Source of the DNA: the human T2T-CHM13v2.0 reference genome, Homo sapiens
Strand: one strand, 5' to 3'
DNA length: 64,000 nucleotides
Assembly (NCBI RefSeq): GCF_009914755.1
Contig: NC_060937.1
Of the stretch, positions 59,465 to 64,000 are shown piece after piece; position 1 is the first letter of the stretch; every line of letters starts with the position of its first letter. A model generated the notes under the pieces. It saw only the letters and a program-made list of their open reading frames with translations. It was not told the DNA's origin and did not search any database. Made by a program: the position numbers and the translations under genes.

Positions 59465-60465
59465 GTCTTTATTTTTTAGAACAGTTTCAAGTTCAGAGGA
59501 AAATTGAAAAGATGGTACAGAAATTTACCAATTACTCCTGCCCCATACATGCATGATCTCCCCAATTATCAACATCCCCACACCAAAGTGCTACATTTGT
59601 TACATTGATTAACCTACATTGACATATCATTATCATCACAAATCCTTAGTTTAAATCAAGGTTCACTCTTCTTGTTGAATATTCTATAGATTAAAAAAAA
59701 TATATAATGACATGTATCCACTATTATAATATCAGAGAGAGTATTTTAACTGCTCCATAAATCCTCTGTGCTTCTCTTATTCATCCCTCCCTTCCTCCTA
59801 ACCGCTGGCCAACACTGATCTTTTTACTGTCTTCCTAGCTTCATCTTTTCTAGAACATTATATAGTTTAAATCATACAGTAAGTACCCTGCTCAGTTTGG
59901 CTTCTTTCACTTAGTAATATGCATTTAATGTTTCTACATGTCATTTCATGGCATGAAAGTTTATTTCTTGTTACTGTTGAATAATATTTCATTGTCTGGA
60001 TATACCGCAGTTTATCTATCTATTTACCTACTTAAGGGCACCATGGTTATTTCCACATTTTGAAAATTATTAAGTAAAACTGCTATAAACATTTGTGTGC
60101 TGGGTTTTATGTGTGTGTGAACATACATTTTCAACTCCTTGGGTAAATGCCAAGAAGTGTGATTGCTGGATCCTATATTAAGAGTATTTTTAGGTTTTTA
60201 GGAAACCATCAAACTGTCTTCTAAAGTGGGCAGACCATTCTGTTTTCCTACCAGCAGTGAATGAGCATTTTTATTGCTTCACATCCTCTCCAGCCTGTAG
60301 TGTTTTCAGTGTTTTGGATTTGGGCTATTCTAATAGGTGTATGGTAATATCTAATATCTTGTTGTTTTAATATACATTTCCTTCATGATGTATGATGTAG
60401 AACATTTTATATGTTTAATTGCTATCTGTGTATATTCTTTGATGAGGTGTCTGTTAAGGTCTTTG
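59465..60465 (-). mobile_element. L1MB 3' end
   Basis: TTTTTTAGAACAGTTTCAAGTTCAGAGGAAAATTGA...; ORF2 end motif GATTGCTGGATC. Confidence 0.8.
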
Positions 60466-60479
60466 GTCTATGTTACTTT

Positions 60480-60787
60480 CTTTTTTCATTGTTGTTTTTG
60501 TTTTCGAGTCAGAGTCCCGCTCTGTCGCTCAGGCTGGAGTACAGAGGCGGGATCCTAGCTCACTGCCACCTCAACCTCCTGGGTTCAAGCAATCCTCCTG
60601 CCTCAGCCTTCAGAGTAACTAGGACTACAGGCATACACCACCGCACCCAGCAAATTCTTTATTTTTTTGTAGAGATGAGGTCTCATTCTGTTGCCCGGGC
60701 TGATCTCAAATTCTTGGCTTCAAGTGAGCCTCCCCACTCAGCTTCCCAAAGCGCTGGGATTACAGGCATGAGCCATCATGCATGCCT
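60480..60787 (-). mobile_element. AluJ
   Basis: CTAGCTCACTGCCACCTCAACCTCCTGGG J-type. Confidence 0.88.
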
Positions 60788-62278
60788 GTTATCTTTTAAA
60801 CTTATGAATCCTGGTAGGACACAATTCAATCCATTGTTTTTACTAATGAGTTAAATGGCACATTTAAAAATGCAAATGGTTCTCTACATGTTGATACTAA
60901 TGTTTAAGTGGATCCTTACTGCAAGGTAAGACTATGAGTCATTAGGTTTCATTCATAATGAAATGTAATATTTATTATGACTAATGTTTTTAATTGCATG
61001 TGTAAATACATTACTTAGCTTATTTTTGAGAGATAGACTATAAATATTCAATATCAAACATTGTAGTAAAATTTGTCCTAGTTCTAAAAATGAAGACTGA
61101 TTAGTTTTTCTTACATATATTTATTATTTACATAACATAATAAATATATTATTACTAGGTGCCTTAAAACCTCAAATAACTTGGTTATTAAATAATTTTT
61201 GCTTATGCAATTAAATTCTAATTAATGCATATGAGGTATATTTCCAATTAAAAATATAAAAAGAAGAAGAAAACAAAATAATATGTGTAATTTTCTTAAA
61301 TATATAAATTTCTTAGTTTAAGTAATATTGGTTAGAAAAATGATGCCAGTGTTATCTCACTGTAAATAATGTATTTCTGTGTAAATACTTTTGTGTTATT
61401 CTTGCTATTTTCAGTTAATAAAAGTTTTTATGAAAGTAAGGTCTAAGTTGTTCTATCATCTTTAACTATCATAAAAAGTTGTTGCTGTCTTATTTTTCTT
61501 CTTTGTCTCTAAGGCATACTCCAGTTCAACGGGAGATGAAAAACAACAGGAGATGATAGAGCAATGGAAGGCATTACAGGTGTGCGTGATTGATTATGTC
61601 AACAACAAAAGCAAATTTGAAGAGGAAGGTAAGAACAGAGTAAAGTAGTTAAAGATGTTTCAGTACAACCCAGAAGGTGAAAACTGTTTTATGAAGGGTC
61701 AAACTGAGTGGGAAGAAAGGAAGTTTTTGATAACAAAGAATACAGTTTTCAAGAGTTTTTTAGAAAAAATGAGGAAAAGTAGGCAGAATAAAATAACTTG
61801 AAAGGCACTATAATTTTTAGTTTGATATGAAAGATGATAAAGGTGTAATTGCTTTTTACTATTAGCTATTTTATCTTTAATTAACTTTATTTACATTTTT
61901 AAGAATTTTGACCTCAGATTCACCTTTGGACTATGACATTAGTTTGCTTTCAAAATAAGACATCTGATAGTTCTATTTTAGAATCAGACATTAAAGAGGA
62001 AATGAATGTAAATTAGACAGATGATGTAACATTTTCAGCTGAAAGTGTTTGTATAGCTGAAACTATAATAATTGTATTATTGTAGTATTGTTATACTACA
62101 GCTGATAGTATAATAATATAATAATTTTTAATAATTATTAAAGAGTACAGAAAAATGACAACTTTATTCTGCTTCTGAAATTGTCACATCAAAGTATGGA
62201 AAACGCTGACTTTTCTTAGGAAACATTTTTTTTTTCCACAATATTGCCAATAATCTATTAAGACATTATCCTTTATAG

Positions 62279-62802
62279 CAGGGGTCCCCAACCCCCGGGC
62301 CACAGACTGGTACCAGTCCCTGGCCTGTTAGGAACCAGGCCACACAGCAGGAGGTGAGTGACGGGCAAGCCAGCGAAGCTTCATCTGTATTTGAGGCTGC
62401 TCCCTATTGCTTGCATTACTGCTTGAGCTCCACCTCCTGTCAGATCAGCAGCTGCATTAGATACTCATAGGAGCACGAACACTATTGTGAACTGCACATG
62501 CGAGGGATCAAAGTTGTGTGCTCCTTGTGAGAATCTAATGCCTGATGATCTTTCAGTGTCTCCCATCATTCCCAGATGGGACTGTCTAGTTGCAGGAAAA
62601 CAAGCTTAGGGCTCCCACTGATTCTACATTATGGTGAGTTGTATAATTATTTCATTTTATATTACAATGTAATAATAGAAATAAAGTGTGCAAAAATGTA
62701 ATGTGCTTGAATCATCCCCAAACTATCCTCCCCCTCCTAGTCTGTAGAATAATTATCTTGAGTGAAACTGGTCCCTCATGACAAAAAGGTTAGGGACTGC
62801 TG
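62279..62802 (+). mobile_element. MER1A hAT-Charlie MITE, complete
   Basis: TIRs CAGGGGTCCCCAACC / GGTTAGGGACTGCTG; perfect 8-bp TSD CTTTATAG (62271-62278 and 62803-62810); 524 bp. Confidence 0.93.
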
Positions 62803-62833
62803 CTTTATAGGATAGACAGATATTCAAGCAATA

Positions 62834-63706
<873 letters not shown>

Positions 63707-63723
63707 TTAAAAGTGTGGAAGCT

Positions 63724-63961
63724 GGCCAAGGTTGGCGGATCACTAGAGTTCAGGAGTTCAAGACCAGCCTGAGTAACGTGGTGAAATCGTGTGTCTACTA
63801 AAAATTCAGAAAGTAGCTGGGCATGGAGGCATGCGCCTGTAGTCCCGGCTACTCCAGAGGCTGAGGTAGGAGAATCACTTGAACTCAGAAGGCGGACATT
63901 GCAGTGAACTGAGATCACACCACTGCACTCCAGACTGGGTGACAGAGCAAGGCACTGTCTT

Positions 63962-64000
<39 letters not shown>
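63724..64000 (+). mobile_element. 5'-truncated Alu with A/(TA)n tail running to the window end
   Basis: GGCCAAGGTTGGCGGATCAC...CTGTCT, then A-run and (TA)n. Confidence 0.88.

Noticed and set aside
62033-62113. Two small palindromes centred on the E-box CAGCTG
   Set aside because: Short and in AT-rich sequence; not clearly beyond chance without conservation data.

Overview
AT-rich primate genomic DNA, almost certainly human because it contains an AluYb8. It looks like intergenic or deep-intronic sequence. I recognise no host protein-coding gene, RNA gene or CpG island. Nearly all ORFs in the track come from Alu, L1, LTR or microsatellite sequence; the only long one (41665-42882) is the C-terminus of L1 ORF2p. 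The window is a dense fossil record of transposable elements. It holds a near-full-length ancient ERVL provirus (about 1.85-7.74 kb) and a deleted MLT2/ERVL provirus. Solo LTRs include MER66-like, two LTR1-family copies, MER34/39-like, MER11, MER31-like and several MLT1. There are about 20 Alus, including young Yc1-like and Yb8 copies, plus L1s (two clear and one probable twin-primed inversion), L2, MIR and hAT MITEs (MER1A, MER45A). The most notable structures are a four-level nested insertion stack (L2>MER45A>inverted L1MA>MER11), a PATRR-like AT-rich palindrome at about 55.9-56.4 kb, a microduplication that creates an AP-1/IRF composite element, and candidate exons at about 54.8 and 61.5 kb. 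I cannot support a claim of a novel biological system. Subfamily names are from my recall of consensus sequences and need RepeatMasker/Dfam confirmation.
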